Source: Candidatus Margulisiibacteriota bacterium | GTDB lineage: Bacteria > Margulisbacteria > WOR-1 > O2-12-FULL-45-9 > XYB2-FULL-48-7 | NCBI GenBank assembly: GCA_041665245.1 | Contig: JBAYJF010000011.1 | Location: 1-23,247, forward strand | Length of the DNA stretch: 23,247 nt | Direction: 5' to 3' | Part shown: piece after piece, positions 1 to 10,200 of the stretch | Numbering within the stretch: the first letter of the stretch is position 1 | How the letters are laid out: each line of letters starts with the position of its first letter | Notes under the pieces: model-generated | What the model was told of the DNA's origin: nothing | Seen by the model: the letters and a program-made list of their open reading frames with translations, nothing else | The model's database searches: none | Position numbers and translations under genes: made by a program

Positions 1-63
1 CAATAAATGTTGCCAGGCAATATATTATGAACAAGGTGCGAAAAATTGGAGATAATTTCATTA

Positions 64-591
64 TTATATGATCCCGCGTTCTTTAGTTTTAAGCCCATCC
101 ATATATTGGTTATATTCTTTTTCGGCCGGCGTTTCAAACATGGATAATACTCCGAATAAATTCCAGAAGCTCGGCTGGCGGTCTTTTTTATCTTTTTCGG
201 CTTTTGTTTTCAGATACTCAAAAGCTCCGGTCTCTTTTTGATCGTCCGGAAGCCTATTGATCCTGCTATAGGAATCTTCGTATTCTCTCGGGCCAAAAAC
301 CAGGTCGCCAACGCCCCAAACTGCGGTCACAAGCCCGGTAGCAGAAACGACCGAAGCAAAAGGCAAAAGAGCAAGTTTTCCCCAAATATTTTCTACTCCG
401 TTAAAAGCTGCAATGCCTCCAGCAGTTAACAGTCCGCCGCCGATTATTTTCACCGAACCGTTCAACAGGCGGCCATTCGCCTCCCCATCGGAGAGTTTTT
501 TCACGCCATCAAGGGCAGTCGTCGCGGCAAAAGAATTCAAGACAAGGATGAAAGACAGAAAAATGAAGATAACCGATATTTTTATTTTCAT
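64..591 (-). CDS. hypothetical exported/membrane protein
   Basis: 175-aa ORF. Signal-peptide-like N-terminus MKIKISVIFIFLSFILVLNSFA, a Gly-rich hydrophobic core (GGGLLTAGGIAAF, glycine-zipper-like) and a charged C-terminus. No family recognised. Confidence 0.55.
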   Translation of the reverse strand: MKIKISVIFIFLSFILVLNSFAATTALDGVKKLSDGEANGRLLNGSVKIIGGGLLTAGGIAAFNGVENIWGKLALLPFASVVSATGLVTAVWGVGDLVFGPREYEDSYSRINRLPDDQKETGAFEYLKTKAEKDKKDRQPSFWNLFGVLSMFETPAEKEYNQYMDGLKTKERGII

Positions 592-597
592 GCGGAT

Positions 598-606
598 ATT
601 CTAACA
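598..606 (-). promoter_or_regulatory. extended -10 box TGTTAGAAT (minus strand), 6 nt upstream of the ATG at 589-591
   Basis: Reverse complement of attctaaca. No Shine-Dalgarno sequence between the box and the start codon, which is a leaderless-type arrangement. Confidence 0.45.
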
Positions 607-619
607 TATTTCTAGCGGG

Positions 620-628
620 TGCTATAAT
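620..628 (+). promoter_or_regulatory. extended -10 box TGCTATAAT, 6 nt upstream of the ATG at 635
   Basis: Perfect TATAAT at 623-628 with TG at 620-621. No SD before ATG 635. The -35 is weak. Confidence 0.5.
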
Positions 629-634
629 GAATAT

Positions 635-2305
635 ATGCGGAAAGTTTTTGACGAACAGATCCTCCCCAATGTCCAGAAACCGGCACGGTACATCGGCAAT
701 GAGCTGAATTCCATCCATAAGGACTGGGATGCGGCTAAGATCCGAGTTGCCCTGGCCTACCCCGACCTCTATGAGATCGGCATGTCGAACATGGGGATCC
801 AGATCCTCTACCATATAATAAACCAGCAGGAAGATCTTCTAGCCGAGCGCTTTTTTGCTCCTCTCCCGGATATGGAGAATTTACTCCGATCTACGAACTC
901 GGAGCTCCTAACGCTCGAATCCTTCCACCCAGTTAAAGAATTCGATCTCATCGGCTTCAGCCTTGGCCATGAATTGACTTACACAAATATAATCACAATG
1001 CTAAAACTGGCGGGCATCGGAGTTAGGAGTTCAGAGAGAGGCGAAAATGATCCGCTGATAATGGGCGGCGGACCATGCACCTTTAACCCTGAACCCGTAG
1101 CCGATTTTTTTGATTTTTTCTTAATTGGCGAAGGGGAAGAAGCGATTTTGGAAATAATTGAAATAATTAGAAACTCAAAAACAGGAAATAGACAATCTAA
1201 ATTAGGAAAGCTGGCAAATATTCCGGGAGTATACGTTCCAGGCATTAGCCTGAAGGTAGCTAAGCGCTTTGTAAAGGATCTCAATTGCGCGCCCTCCCCC
1301 CCGTGCCCCATCGTCCCCTTCGTTGAAGTGGTCCACGATCGAGCGGCGGTCGAGATCATGCGGGGCTGCAAATGGGGCTGTAAATTCTGCCAAGCCGGCT
1401 GGACAGGCCTTCCGGTCAGGGAAAGATCAAAAGAAAACATCTATCAAATGGCGGAAGAGCTGATAAAAAATACCGGCTATGAAGAATTATCGCTCGTCTC
1501 CCTTTCCAGCTCCGACCATAAACAGATCGAAGAGATGGCAAAAACTCTAGCCCAAAAATACGAAAGCAAAAAAGTTAATATTTCGCTCCCTTCAACGCGA
1601 ACCAACAATTTTTCCATTAAATTGGCCAAAGAGATCTCAAGGGTTAGGCCTAGCAATATCACTCTGGCTCCGGAAGCCGGGACCCAGCGCCTTCGGGACA
1701 TACTCGGAAAGAATATGACCGAAGAAGATATTATTGAAAGCCTAAAAGCCGCCTTTCAGGAAGGGATCGAAGGGATAAAACTCTATTTTATGATCGGTCT
1801 GCCGACAGAAACCGAGGAAGATCTAATGGGGATCTGCGAGTTAGCCAAAAAGATCCAGCTTTTGGGTAAAAGCTACTCAAGGCGCGCCAGGATAACAGTA
1901 AATCTATCTACTTTTATCCCCAAATCGCACACTCCCTTCCAATGGGAGCGGCAAATTACGATTGAAGAGACCATTAATAAGCAAAGGTTCCTTAAAGATA
2001 ATCTTAAGGTCAAAGGAATTGAGATCAGATGGCATCAAGCCGAAGCTAGTTTTTTAGAAGGGGTCTTTTCACGAGGAGACAGGAAATTATCGCAAGTGAT
2101 CGAAAAAGCCTGGGAGCTCGGCGCCCGCTTTGACGCCTGGTCGGAACATTTCAAGTTTGATCTCTGGCTCAAAGCGTTTTCAGAGTGTGGGATCGATCCA
2201 AACGATTACCTGAAAGCCAGAAATATTGAAGAACCCCTCCCCTGGGATTTTATCGACACCGGCGTCTCAAAGGAAACCTTAATTAATGTTAAAAATAAAA
2301 ATTAA
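635..2305 (+). CDS. B12-binding-domain radical SAM protein (TIGR03960-like)
   Basis: 556 aa. CxxxCxxC cluster motif C-KWG-C-KF-C at nt 1367-1390. N-terminal ...QKPARYIGNELN is typical of this family. Classical synteny with a DUF2344 gene and rplU-rpmA. Confidence 0.88.
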   Translation: MRKVFDEQILPNVQKPARYIGNELNSIHKDWDAAKIRVALAYPDLYEIGMSNMGIQILYHIINQQEDLLAERFFAPLPDMENLLRSTNSELLTLESFHPVKEFDLIGFSLGHELTYTNIITMLKLAGIGVRSSERGENDPLIMGGGPCTFNPEPVADFFDFFLIGEGEEAILEIIEIIRNSKTGNRQSKLGKLANIPGVYVPGISLKVAKRFVKDLNCAPSPPCPIVPFVEVVHDRAAVEIMRGCKWGCKFCQAGWTGLPVRERSKENIYQMAEELIKNTGYEELSLVSLSSSDHKQIEEMAKTLAQKYESKKVNISLPSTRTNNFSIKLAKEISRVRPSNITLAPEAGTQRLRDILGKNMTEEDIIESLKAAFQEGIEGIKLYFMIGLPTETEEDLMGICELAKKIQLLGKSYSRRARITVNLSTFIPKSHTPFQWERQITIEETINKQRFLKDNLKVKGIEIRWHQAEASFLEGVFSRGDRKLSQVIEKAWELGARFDAWSEHFKFDLWLKAFSECGIDPNDYLKARNIEEPLPWDFIDTGVSKETLINVKNKN

Positions 2306-2585
2306 ATACCGCAAGGGGGAAGAAGTTAAATATATCTCCCACCGCGACCTAATGCGAGCCTTTCATCGCGCGATCCGGCGAGCTGAGATACCCGTCGCCT
2401 TTTCACAGGGCTTTAATCCTCACATCAAGATCTCCTGGGGGCAAGCGCTAAAAGTCGGCGCCTCCTCTCCCGGTGAATTTGCCGAGATCAATCTTGAAAG
2501 ACACGTTAAACCGCTGGAGCTAATGGAGCGCTTAAACCGCGTTCTCCCGCCGGGACTTGAAATCCTCGAGGCTTTTCTGGTATAA
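2286..2585 (+). CDS. radical SAM-associated DUF2344 (TIGR03936-like) protein, short form
   Basis: 99 aa. Its start overlaps the upstream radical SAM gene by 20 nt. The [27 protein letters not shown] signature matches the DUF2344 N-terminal half. Confidence 0.65.
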   Translation: MLKIKIKYRKGEEVKYISHRDLMRAFHRAIRRAEIPVAFSQGFNPHIKISWGQALKVGASSPGEFAEINLERHVKPLELMERLNRVLPPGLEILEAFLV

Positions 2586-2586
2586 T
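2557..2586 (+). promoter_or_regulatory. sigma70-type promoter TTGAAA-N18-TATAAT (with TG extension) for rplU
   Basis: -35 at 2557-2562, TGg at 2578-2580, -10 at 2581-2586. The ATG lies 9 nt downstream with no SD. The promoter sits inside the 3' end of the DUF2344 ORF. Confidence 0.55.
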
Positions 2587-2595
2587 ACATCTACT

Positions 2596-2910
2596 ATGTA
2601 CGCAATAATTGAAACCGGCGGAAAACAACAGGTCGTTTATCCAGGAGATATCCTGGACGTTGAATTGATCGAAGAAAAAGAAAAAGTTACTTTCACCAAT
2701 GTCCTGCTCTTCGCGGATGGGGACAAAGTAGAGATCGGAACGCCTTATGTAAAAGGGGCCAAAGTTTCCGCTACGGTCCTTAGCCCGATGATCAAAGACG
2801 ATAAAGTTACCACTTTTAAGTATAAAAACAAGACCAATTACCACCGAACGATCGGACACAGACAAAGATATACCCGTGTAAAGATAGAGGAGATCAAAAA
2901 TGGCGCATAA
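2596..2910 (+). CDS. rplU: 50S ribosomal protein L21
   Basis: [11 protein letters not shown]... is the canonical L21 N-terminus. I used the internal ATG at 2596 rather than the ORF-track start at 2557. 104 aa. Confidence 0.95.
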   Translation: MYAIIETGGKQQVVYPGDILDVELIEEKEKVTFTNVLLFADGDKVEIGTPYVKGAKVSATVLSPMIKDDKVTTFKYKNKTNYHRTIGHRQRYTRVKIEEIKNGA

Positions 2911-3139
2911 GAAGGGCGGCGGAACGTCTAGAAACGGCAGAGATTCAAACGCACAAAGATTAGGAGTGAAAGTATTCGGCGGACAGACCGTCCCGGCCGG
3001 AAGCATCATCGTTCGCCAGCGCGGAACCAGGTTTTTCCCGGGATCTAACGTTGGAATCGGCAAGGATTATACTCTTTTCGCAAAAGCAGCCGGCGTTGTT
3101 GTATACAAAGGGAAAACCGTAAACGTCCAGCCAGCCTAA
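2900..3139 (+). CDS. rpmA: 50S ribosomal protein L27
   Basis: [24 protein letters not shown]... is canonical L27 with no N-terminal propeptide. Overlaps the rplU stop by 11 nt. Confidence 0.95.
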   Translation: MAHKKGGGTSRNGRDSNAQRLGVKVFGGQTVPAGSIIVRQRGTRFFPGSNVGIGKDYTLFAKAAGVVVYKGKTVNVQPA

Positions 3140-3142
3140 ACA

Positions 3143-3922
3143 ATGGCAAAAAAACCTTTTAACACCGTTATCATTAAGCTCGGCTCCAGCACTTTAACCA
3201 CCCCTCAGGGCAAATTAGACCTTAAAAACCTAAAACGAATTGCAAATGAATCCGCAAAACTTGTTAAACAGGGAAAAAGGGTCCTAATTGTCTCTTCCGG
3301 AGCGATCGCCGCAGGCGCGGAAAAGCTAAAACTCGGAAAACCTTCAACCATCCCGGAAAAACAGGCCGCCGCTGCCGTTGGCCAATCCTTGTTAATGCGG
3401 CAATACGAAAAAGCCTTTGAAAAACACAAGATCTCCGTTGCACAGATCCTGTTAACAAAGGAAGAGATCCAAAACAGTGAACGCGCGGCAAATACCCGCA
3501 ATTGCATCTTCACTTTATTGAACGAAAAAGTTGTCCCGATCATCAATGAAAATGATACGGTTGCCGTCGATGAAATAAAGATCGGCGATAACGACAATTT
3601 AGCCGCCCTTACCGCAAAGCTTATCGGCGCCGATATTCTGGTGATCTTAACCGATGTCGACGGATTTTACATGCAAGACGAAAACGGCAAAGAACAAGTC
3701 GTGCCAACCATCGAAAAAATATCGCAAGAAGTAAAAAATGCGGCCGGAGGGACACTCTCCCATCATGGGACCGGCGGCATGACGACAAAGATCCAGGCGG
3801 CCGAGATCTGTTCCGGCGCCGGCATCTATACATCCATCATCAACGGCCGCAAAAACGGTGCGCTCGAAAGGGTATTATCCGGAGCCGGGATCGGGACACT
3901 TTTTACTCCGCCAAACAATTGA
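3143..3922 (+). CDS. proB: glutamate 5-kinase (no PUA domain)
   Basis: 259 aa. Amino-acid-kinase fold signatures IIKLGSSTLT, VSSGAIAAG, NENDTVAVDEI.IGDND.LAA and TGGM.TK. The length indicates the C-terminal PUA domain is absent. Confidence 0.88.
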   Translation: MAKKPFNTVIIKLGSSTLTTPQGKLDLKNLKRIANESAKLVKQGKRVLIVSSGAIAAGAEKLKLGKPSTIPEKQAAAAVGQSLLMRQYEKAFEKHKISVAQILLTKEEIQNSERAANTRNCIFTLLNEKVVPIINENDTVAVDEIKIGDNDNLAALTAKLIGADILVILTDVDGFYMQDENGKEQVVPTIEKISQEVKNAAGGTLSHHGTGGMTTKIQAAEICSGAGIYTSIINGRKNGALERVLSGAGIGTLFTPPNN

Positions 3923-3989
3923 ATTCCACCCCATTTCTTGCTACAATTTTACCCTGTCCAATTCTTATATTTTAGAAAGGGGTATATTC

Positions 3990-5330
3990 GTGAAAAGTAA
4001 AGTATTTGTTCTGTCCCTTGTTATCGCTTCGCTAGTCTGCGGTGTTTTTCTTTCCGGCTGCGGTCCGACCAAAAAATCCAATCAGAGAGTAGTTGAATTC
4101 TGGGTCATGCCCAATTCGCTAAATCCTGTTGGTGACATCGAGACCCTCCTCAAGCCATTTGAGGCAAAAACAGGGATCAAGGTCAAAGTAACTTCGGTCG
4201 ACTGGGGTGCGGGCTGGTCAAAAATCACGACTGCCGCTACATCCGGCGACGTTCCGGATATCGCTCAACTTGGATCGACATGGGTTTCGGCAATTGCCGC
4301 CATGGGCGCGCTTGAAGAGCTTTCGAAAGAAGCCATCGCCTCTCTCGGCGGATCAAAAGCCTTTGTTCCTGTTGCCTGGTCAACGACCGGCGTTGAAAAT
4401 TCCGGTAAAACAAACGCAGTCCCATGGTTCGTTGATGCAAGAGCATTATTTTACAGGACCGATGCGCTGGAAAAAGCAAAATTAACCGCAAAAGACCTCG
4501 ATAATTGGGATTCATTCAAAACTTCATTAAAGAAAATATTTGACGCAGATATCGTCCTTAACGGCCAATCTATGGCACCGCTTGGCATCGCCGGTAAAAA
4601 CGACTGGAACGTTGTTCACTCGCTTGCTCCCTGGATCTGGATGGCGGGCGGAGACTTTTTATCATCCGATAGAAAAACCTGTATCCTCGACAGCGACGAA
4701 GTTTTCAACGGATTAACTTATTATATGGGCCTCGTCAAAGAAGGGGTCGTCCCGACAGAGTATCTTGAATTAAATACCGCCCAGGTCAGCGGCAACTTTA
4801 ACAGCAGCGCCGTCTCCATGTATTTTGACGGACCATATGAAGTCAGAACTTTAACCAGGCCAGCCGAAGAAGGCGGAGCACAAGGCTCTCCGGCTGCAAA
4901 GAATTTTGCTGTAACCGGCTATCCCAAAGGGCCCAAGGGACGGATCACTTTTGTCGGAGGATCACAGCTCGCAATTTTCAAACAATCAAAGAATAAGTCC
5001 GATGCCTTTGAAGTAATAAAATATTTAACCTCGACGATGCCGCAAGTCGACTATGCGAAAGCTTCCGGTTTTCTTCCGGCAAGAGCCGACGCTTTTGACG
5101 ATCCATATTTTTCGGCAGACCCAAAGCGCAGAGTTTTCAAAGAGGCCGTTTTCTATGGCAAAACATATCCTTCGATTCCAAGCTGGGGACTGCTTGAGCC
5201 TATCCTAACCCGGCGGTTCGGTATTATTTGGGATTATGTTTCCAGCGGTCAAGACCTCAAATCCGAAATACTTAAAGAACAACTGAAATTAGCGAAGCAA
5301 GAAGTCGAATCTATATTAAGGCAAAAGTAG
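3990..5330 (+). CDS. ABC-transporter sugar-binding lipoprotein (solute-binding protein family 1)
   Basis: GTG start at 3990 preceded by GAAAGGGG. Lipobox LSGC with the Cys codon at 4059-4061. MalE-like features (KV.V..V.W......KI..A..SG..PD, GLV.EG..P). 446 aa from the GTG. Confidence 0.8.
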   Translation: MKSKVFVLSLVIASLVCGVFLSGCGPTKKSNQRVVEFWVMPNSLNPVGDIETLLKPFEAKTGIKVKVTSVDWGAGWSKITTAATSGDVPDIAQLGSTWVSAIAAMGALEELSKEAIASLGGSKAFVPVAWSTTGVENSGKTNAVPWFVDARALFYRTDALEKAKLTAKDLDNWDSFKTSLKKIFDADIVLNGQSMAPLGIAGKNDWNVVHSLAPWIWMAGGDFLSSDRKTCILDSDEVFNGLTYYMGLVKEGVVPTEYLELNTAQVSGNFNSSAVSMYFDGPYEVRTLTRPAEEGGAQGSPAAKNFAVTGYPKGPKGRITFVGGSQLAIFKQSKNKSDAFEVIKYLTSTMPQVDYAKASGFLPARADAFDDPYFSADPKRRVFKEAVFYGKTYPSIPSWGLLEPILTRRFGIIWDYVSSGQDLKSEILKEQLKLAKQEVESILRQK

Positions 5331-5346
5331 CCTTAAAGGATACAAA

Positions 5347-7176
5347 ATGTGCGGGATATTTGGATACATAGGCAATAAGGAAGCGGTCCCTTTCATTGTA
5401 GAGGGATTAAAAAAACTTGAATACCGGGGATACGACTCCGCCGGTATCGCCACTCTGCATATGGGAAAGCTTTTTGTATCCAAGTGCGTCGGGAAGATCT
5501 CCGAGCTTGAAGGGACACTGGAACAAAAACCGATCAATGGTTCCGTCGGAATTGGTCACACGCGCTGGGCAACGCACGGACAGCCATCGCACGCGAATTC
5601 CCATCCCCATGAAGACTGTAAATCCGAGCTGGTCGTCGTCCATAACGGGATCATTGAAAACTTCCTTGATCTTCGCGCCGAACTGATCGAAAGAGGCCAC
5701 ATATTTAAATCAACGACCGATACCGAAGTTGTCGCCCATCTTATCGAAGAACATTTTGAAGGCGACCTATTCGATGCTGTTCGCAACTCTCTTACACATA
5801 TCCGCGGCTCCTATGCCCTTGCCGTTATTTCCGAGAATAACCCGGACAAGATCATTGCAGCACGCTTTGGCAGCCCGCTCATTGTCGGCTACGGAGAGGA
5901 GGAGATCTTTCTCTCTTCTGATATTCCGGCAATTTTAAAATATACCAGCAAAGTCGTTCATCTTGAGAATGGAGAGATCGCGGAAATAACGACCAAAGAA
6001 GCAAAATTTTCCACCATGGCCGGGAAACCGATCGAAAAAGAGATCACCTATATTTCCTGGGACCCGGAATCCGCCGAAAAGGGGGGCTATTCCCATTTCA
6101 TGCTCAAAGAGATCCATGAACAGCCGAACGCAATTAGAAACACCATCAAGGGCCGCGTTGAAGCTGAAAATCATAAGATCCATTTTGACGAATTAAATTT
6201 AACCGATGAAGAGATCAAGAAAGTGAACCGGGTCGTCTTCACCGCTTGCGGAACGTCTTGGCACGCGGGTCTGGTTGGAGAATATTTATTCGAACAGCAT
6301 GCCAAGCTTCCGACCGAAGTCGAATATGCGGCCGAATTCCGATACCGCAACCCGATCATTGATGAAAATACGCTCGTGATCGCGATAACCCAATCCGGAG
6401 AGACCGCCGACACCCTCGCCGCCGTTTGGGAAGCAAAGGCTAGAAATGCTAAAGTGATCGCAATCTGCAACGTTGTCGGTTCAACTGTCGCCAGGGAAGC
6501 GGACGGAGTAGTTTATACCAATGCCGGCCCGGAGATCGGGGTTGCATCAACCAAGGCTTTTACTACTCAACTCACGATCGTATATTTATTAGCCATTCTT
6601 TTTGGAAAGAGGCACGGCAAGATCAGCGAAACAGAATCAATTAAGCTAATTAATGAACTTATCGAACTTCCACAAAAGATCGAAGAGGTCCTCCTGACAG
6701 AAAAACATGTTGAGGAAATAGCCGAAAAGTTTAGCCATGCGACCAACGCCTTGTATCTTGGACGCGGGAAGGGCTTCCCGGTCGCACTTGAAGGGGCTCT
6801 AAAATTAAAGGAAGTCGCCTATGTCCATGCGGAAGGCTATCCGGCAGCAGAGATGAAACACGGACCGATCGCCTTGATCGACAAGAACATGCCGGTAGTT
6901 GTGCTTGCACTTTCCGGCCGCAGATTTGAAAAGATCCTGGGAAACATCGAAGAAGTAAAAGCGCGCGGCGGGCAGGTAATTGCCATTGCAACCACGGGCG
7001 AAAAAAATATCGCAGGCAGGGTCGATGAAGTGATCTTCGTCCCGCCATCCAGCGTCGCCCTCTCTCCTATCCTTGCGGTCATCCCTCTACAGATGCTGGC
7101 ATATTATATTGCCGTTAAAAGAGGCTGTCATGTCGACCAGCCAAGAAACCTTGCAAAGTCTGTTACGGTAGAATAG
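5347..7176 (+). CDS. glmS: glutamine--fructose-6-phosphate aminotransferase
   Basis: MCGIFGYIG Ntn-amidotransferase start, two SIS domains and the canonical C-terminus ...LAKSVTVE. 609 aa. Confidence 0.97.
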   Translation: MCGIFGYIGNKEAVPFIVEGLKKLEYRGYDSAGIATLHMGKLFVSKCVGKISELEGTLEQKPINGSVGIGHTRWATHGQPSHANSHPHEDCKSELVVVHNGIIENFLDLRAELIERGHIFKSTTDTEVVAHLIEEHFEGDLFDAVRNSLTHIRGSYALAVISENNPDKIIAARFGSPLIVGYGEEEIFLSSDIPAILKYTSKVVHLENGEIAEITTKEAKFSTMAGKPIEKEITYISWDPESAEKGGYSHFMLKEIHEQPNAIRNTIKGRVEAENHKIHFDELNLTDEEIKKVNRVVFTACGTSWHAGLVGEYLFEQHAKLPTEVEYAAEFRYRNPIIDENTLVIAITQSGETADTLAAVWEAKARNAKVIAICNVVGSTVAREADGVVYTNAGPEIGVASTKAFTTQLTIVYLLAILFGKRHGKISETESIKLINELIELPQKIEEVLLTEKHVEEIAEKFSHATNALYLGRGKGFPVALEGALKLKEVAYVHAEGYPAAEMKHGPIALIDKNMPVVVLALSGRRFEKILGNIEEVKARGGQVIAIATTGEKNIAGRVDEVIFVPPSSVALSPILAVIPLQMLAYYIAVKRGCHVDQPRNLAKSVTVE

Positions 7177-7182
7177 CCGCTT

Positions 7183-7211
7183 TTGACTATCGCCTTAAAA
7201 AATGATATAAA
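7183..7211 (+). promoter_or_regulatory. sigma70-type promoter TTGACT-N17-TATAAA (TG at -15/-14)
   Basis: -35 at 7183-7188, -10 at 7206-7211. ATG 7220 is 8 nt downstream with no SD. Confidence 0.6.
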
Positions 7212-7219
7212 GATATCCC

Positions 7220-10200
7220 ATGGATACGCCTAAATACCATATAAATAGCGACGGTTCGTTTGTTATTGAAAACTATAACAGCGCCCCTACTTTTTCAAGC
7301 TTTTTCCCGGGAATAGCGGGAATTTTTGGCTCTCCAATGTGGGTTTTTTATACCAACCGCGGCCAGTGCATTACCTCCGCCGGCGTTGAAGATAAAAATG
7401 GCGCTATCATCGAATTTAACGCCGCAAACAAAGCCTATCGAACCGTCTCCCTTCAAGGGTTCAGGACCTTTATTAAGGTGGACGGGAAATATTACGAGCC
7501 TTTCAGTGAAAGGAACCAGAACAAAAGAGAAATGTTCATTTATCCCGATAGCCTCAAGATCGTGGAAAGGAACAGCCCGCTTAAGATAGAGATCGAAATA
7601 ACCTACTTTACGGTCCCGAATGAAGCCTTCCCCGCCCTGGCTCGGATCGTCAAAATAACCAATCTATCGGCAAAGGCAAGAAAGATCGAAGTAATTGACG
7701 GTCTGCCGATCGTGATCCCTTTTGGTTTTAACAATTCGCTCCTAAAAATGATAAGCCAGACCATTGAAGCCTGGTGCGTTGTAGAAAATATTGAAAAGAA
7801 CGCTCCTTTTTACAAGCTAAAGGTTATGCCGGCTGACGCTTCCGAAACTAAATATATCGAACAAGGGAATTTTTTTGTATCATTCGCAAATATAAAAGGA
7901 AAAGATGTTTCTTCCGATATAATCATAAACCGAACCTCGATCTTTGGCCAAAACACCAGCCTTGAATTGCCGATAAGTTTCATTGATAGCAAGAATTTTC
8001 TCCCTCCTAAAAACCAACAAACCGAAGGGATCACCCCGGCGGCTTTTTCATATAATAAGGCTTCTTTGCCCGGCAAAGGATCTTTTGAGATCTGCTCGAT
8101 CCTGGGAAGAGCGGAAAACCTTCAATCCCTGAATAAAATAAAAAAACGGGTCACCAATCGAAAATACTTGGGGGGAAAACTCGCCGAAAACCGGGGATTG
8201 ATCGATTCTATCTGCGATTCGATCCATTCGCAAACTGCGGCGCATAATTTCGACCTATATTCTAAAACAACCTTCCTCGACAATGTAATGCGCGGCGGAC
8301 TTCCGGTGAAAGCCGGCAAGAACACGCTCTATGTTTATTATCGCAAGCATGGGGATATGGAACGGGACTACAACGATTTCAAGCTTATGCCGACCTATTT
8401 CTCGCAGGGGAACGGAAATTACCGCGATGTAAACCAAAACAGAAGGAACGATCTCTTTTTCTTTCCGGAAATAAACGATAAAAATATCATTCGATTTTAT
8501 AACCTGATCCAGTTGGACGGCTATAATCCGCTGGTAGTCATAGGCAGTAAATTCTATTTAAAGTCGAAAGAAGACGCAAAAGGCCTGCTGGATACCCACG
8601 TAAAAGAGATAAAAGACGGCTGGGCCAAGATCATGTCAAACCCTTTTATTCTCGGTATTTTATTAAAAGAAATGGAAAAAAGGGACGTTGAATGGAAAAC
8701 CTCCCGCGAAGAATTCATAAATGACCTGCTGGCTAAGGTCGAGATAGAGGAAGGAGCTTCGCATGGAGAAGGCTTCTGGACCGACCATTTCGCCTACAAT
8801 ACGGACCTGCTGGAAAGTTTTGAAGGGATCTATCCAGAAAAAGTAAAAGAGCTATTTTTCGATAAAAAGATCTTTACCTTTTTTGATAATGACCATGTTG
8901 TCGTAGACCGAAAAGAGAAATACCGCCTGGTCGGAGGAAATGTCCGACAATATGAAAGCGTCAAACTCGATAATGAAAAAAACCGGCTGATCGTTGGCCG
9001 AGAAACGCATCCAAACCTTGCCAGGAAAGAGCAAGGCAAGGGAGAAATTTACCGAACAACATTGATAGCTAAAATTCTCTGTATTGTCGCAAGCAAAGCG
9101 GCCTCCTTTGACGCAGAGGGGATCGGACTGGAGATGGAAGCGGAAAAACCGGACTGGTATGATGCGCTGAACGGCCTTCCCGGGCTTCTTGGCTCATCCC
9201 TTTCTGAAACATTGGAGCTTAAAAGGCTCTGCGCGTTCACCCTTAAATATCTTGGTCATGAAAATGAAATTCAGCTGCCAATAGAATTACTCGATTTCAT
9301 TGAAGGTCTAAAGGGCAGTATAACTTCAAACGACAGCTTCGCTTATTGGAAAACAGCCTATGACCTAAAAGAAACCTATCGAAATAAGACGAGGCTTGGG
9401 ATCGGCGGAGAAGAAAAACCGCTTTCAAGTAGCGCTGCAACGGAATTCCTAAACAATGTAGTCACAAAATGCGACCTGGCTGCCAAAAAAGTCCTGGAAA
9501 AATATAACAACTACTACACCTATTTCATCAATGAAGTTGAAGACTTTGAATTAAGCACATCGAAAGAAATTATCATCAAGAAATTCAATCAAAAACCCCT
9601 CCCTCTATTTCTGGAAGGTTTTGTTCATGCCCTTAAAGTTGAGAAAGACAAAAATATCCCGAAAATGGTAAAGCAAAGCCCTCTGTACGATAAAAAGCTA
9701 AAGATGTACAAAGTAAATTCATCGCTGAACAACACTTCCATGGAGATCGGGCGCGCTAGGGTCTTCACTCCCGGCTGGCTGGAGAATGAATCGATCTGGC
9801 TGCACATGGAATACAAATATATCCTTGAATTATTAAAAGCCGGAATGCACAAAGAATTTTTCGGTGATTTCAAGAATGTCCTAGTTCCCTACATGGACGC
9901 GAATCAATACAAACGAAGCACCTTGGAAAACTCTTCTTTTATCGTTAGTAGCGCAAACCCAAATAAGGAGAATCATGGCCGTGGATTTATTGCCCGACTC
10001 TCCGGCGGCGCCGCCGAATTTATCGATATGTGGATCATAATGATGGCCGGCAAAAAACTCTTTTCTCTCGATGAAAAGGGTCAACTCATATTTAAGCTTA
10101 CCCCTACCCTTCCGGCTTGGCTATTTAAAAACGGAGAATTGTCCTTCAAACTGCTTAGCACAATTGATGTAACCTACAAAAACCCGAAGAAGAAAAACAC

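Noticed and set aside
979-1440. 153-aa minus-strand ORF, plus smaller ones at 1202-1393 and 1477-1701
   Set aside because: They are antisense to the radical SAM gene, which has clear family motifs, and show no features of their own.
2506-3063. 185-aa minus-strand ORF
   Set aside because: It lies entirely antisense to the unmistakable rplU and rpmA genes and has a low-complexity translation. It is a shadow ORF.
3137-3145. rpmA is followed directly by proB, with no obg or ysxB in the rplU-rpmA cluster
   Set aside because: Gene order in this cluster varies among phyla, and L27 here has no propeptide, so no ysxB protease is expected. This is not anomalous enough to count as a finding.
3858-3989. 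Upstream ATG extension of the solute-binding-protein ORF
   Set aside because: It would overlap the proB 3' end and put 44 non-signal residues ahead of a textbook lipoprotein signal. GTG 3990, with a GAAAGGGG SD, gives a proper signal peptide and lipobox.
5331-5346. Possible glmS ribozyme upstream of glmS
   Set aside because: The intergenic spacer is only 16 nt, which is far too short for the ribozyme fold.
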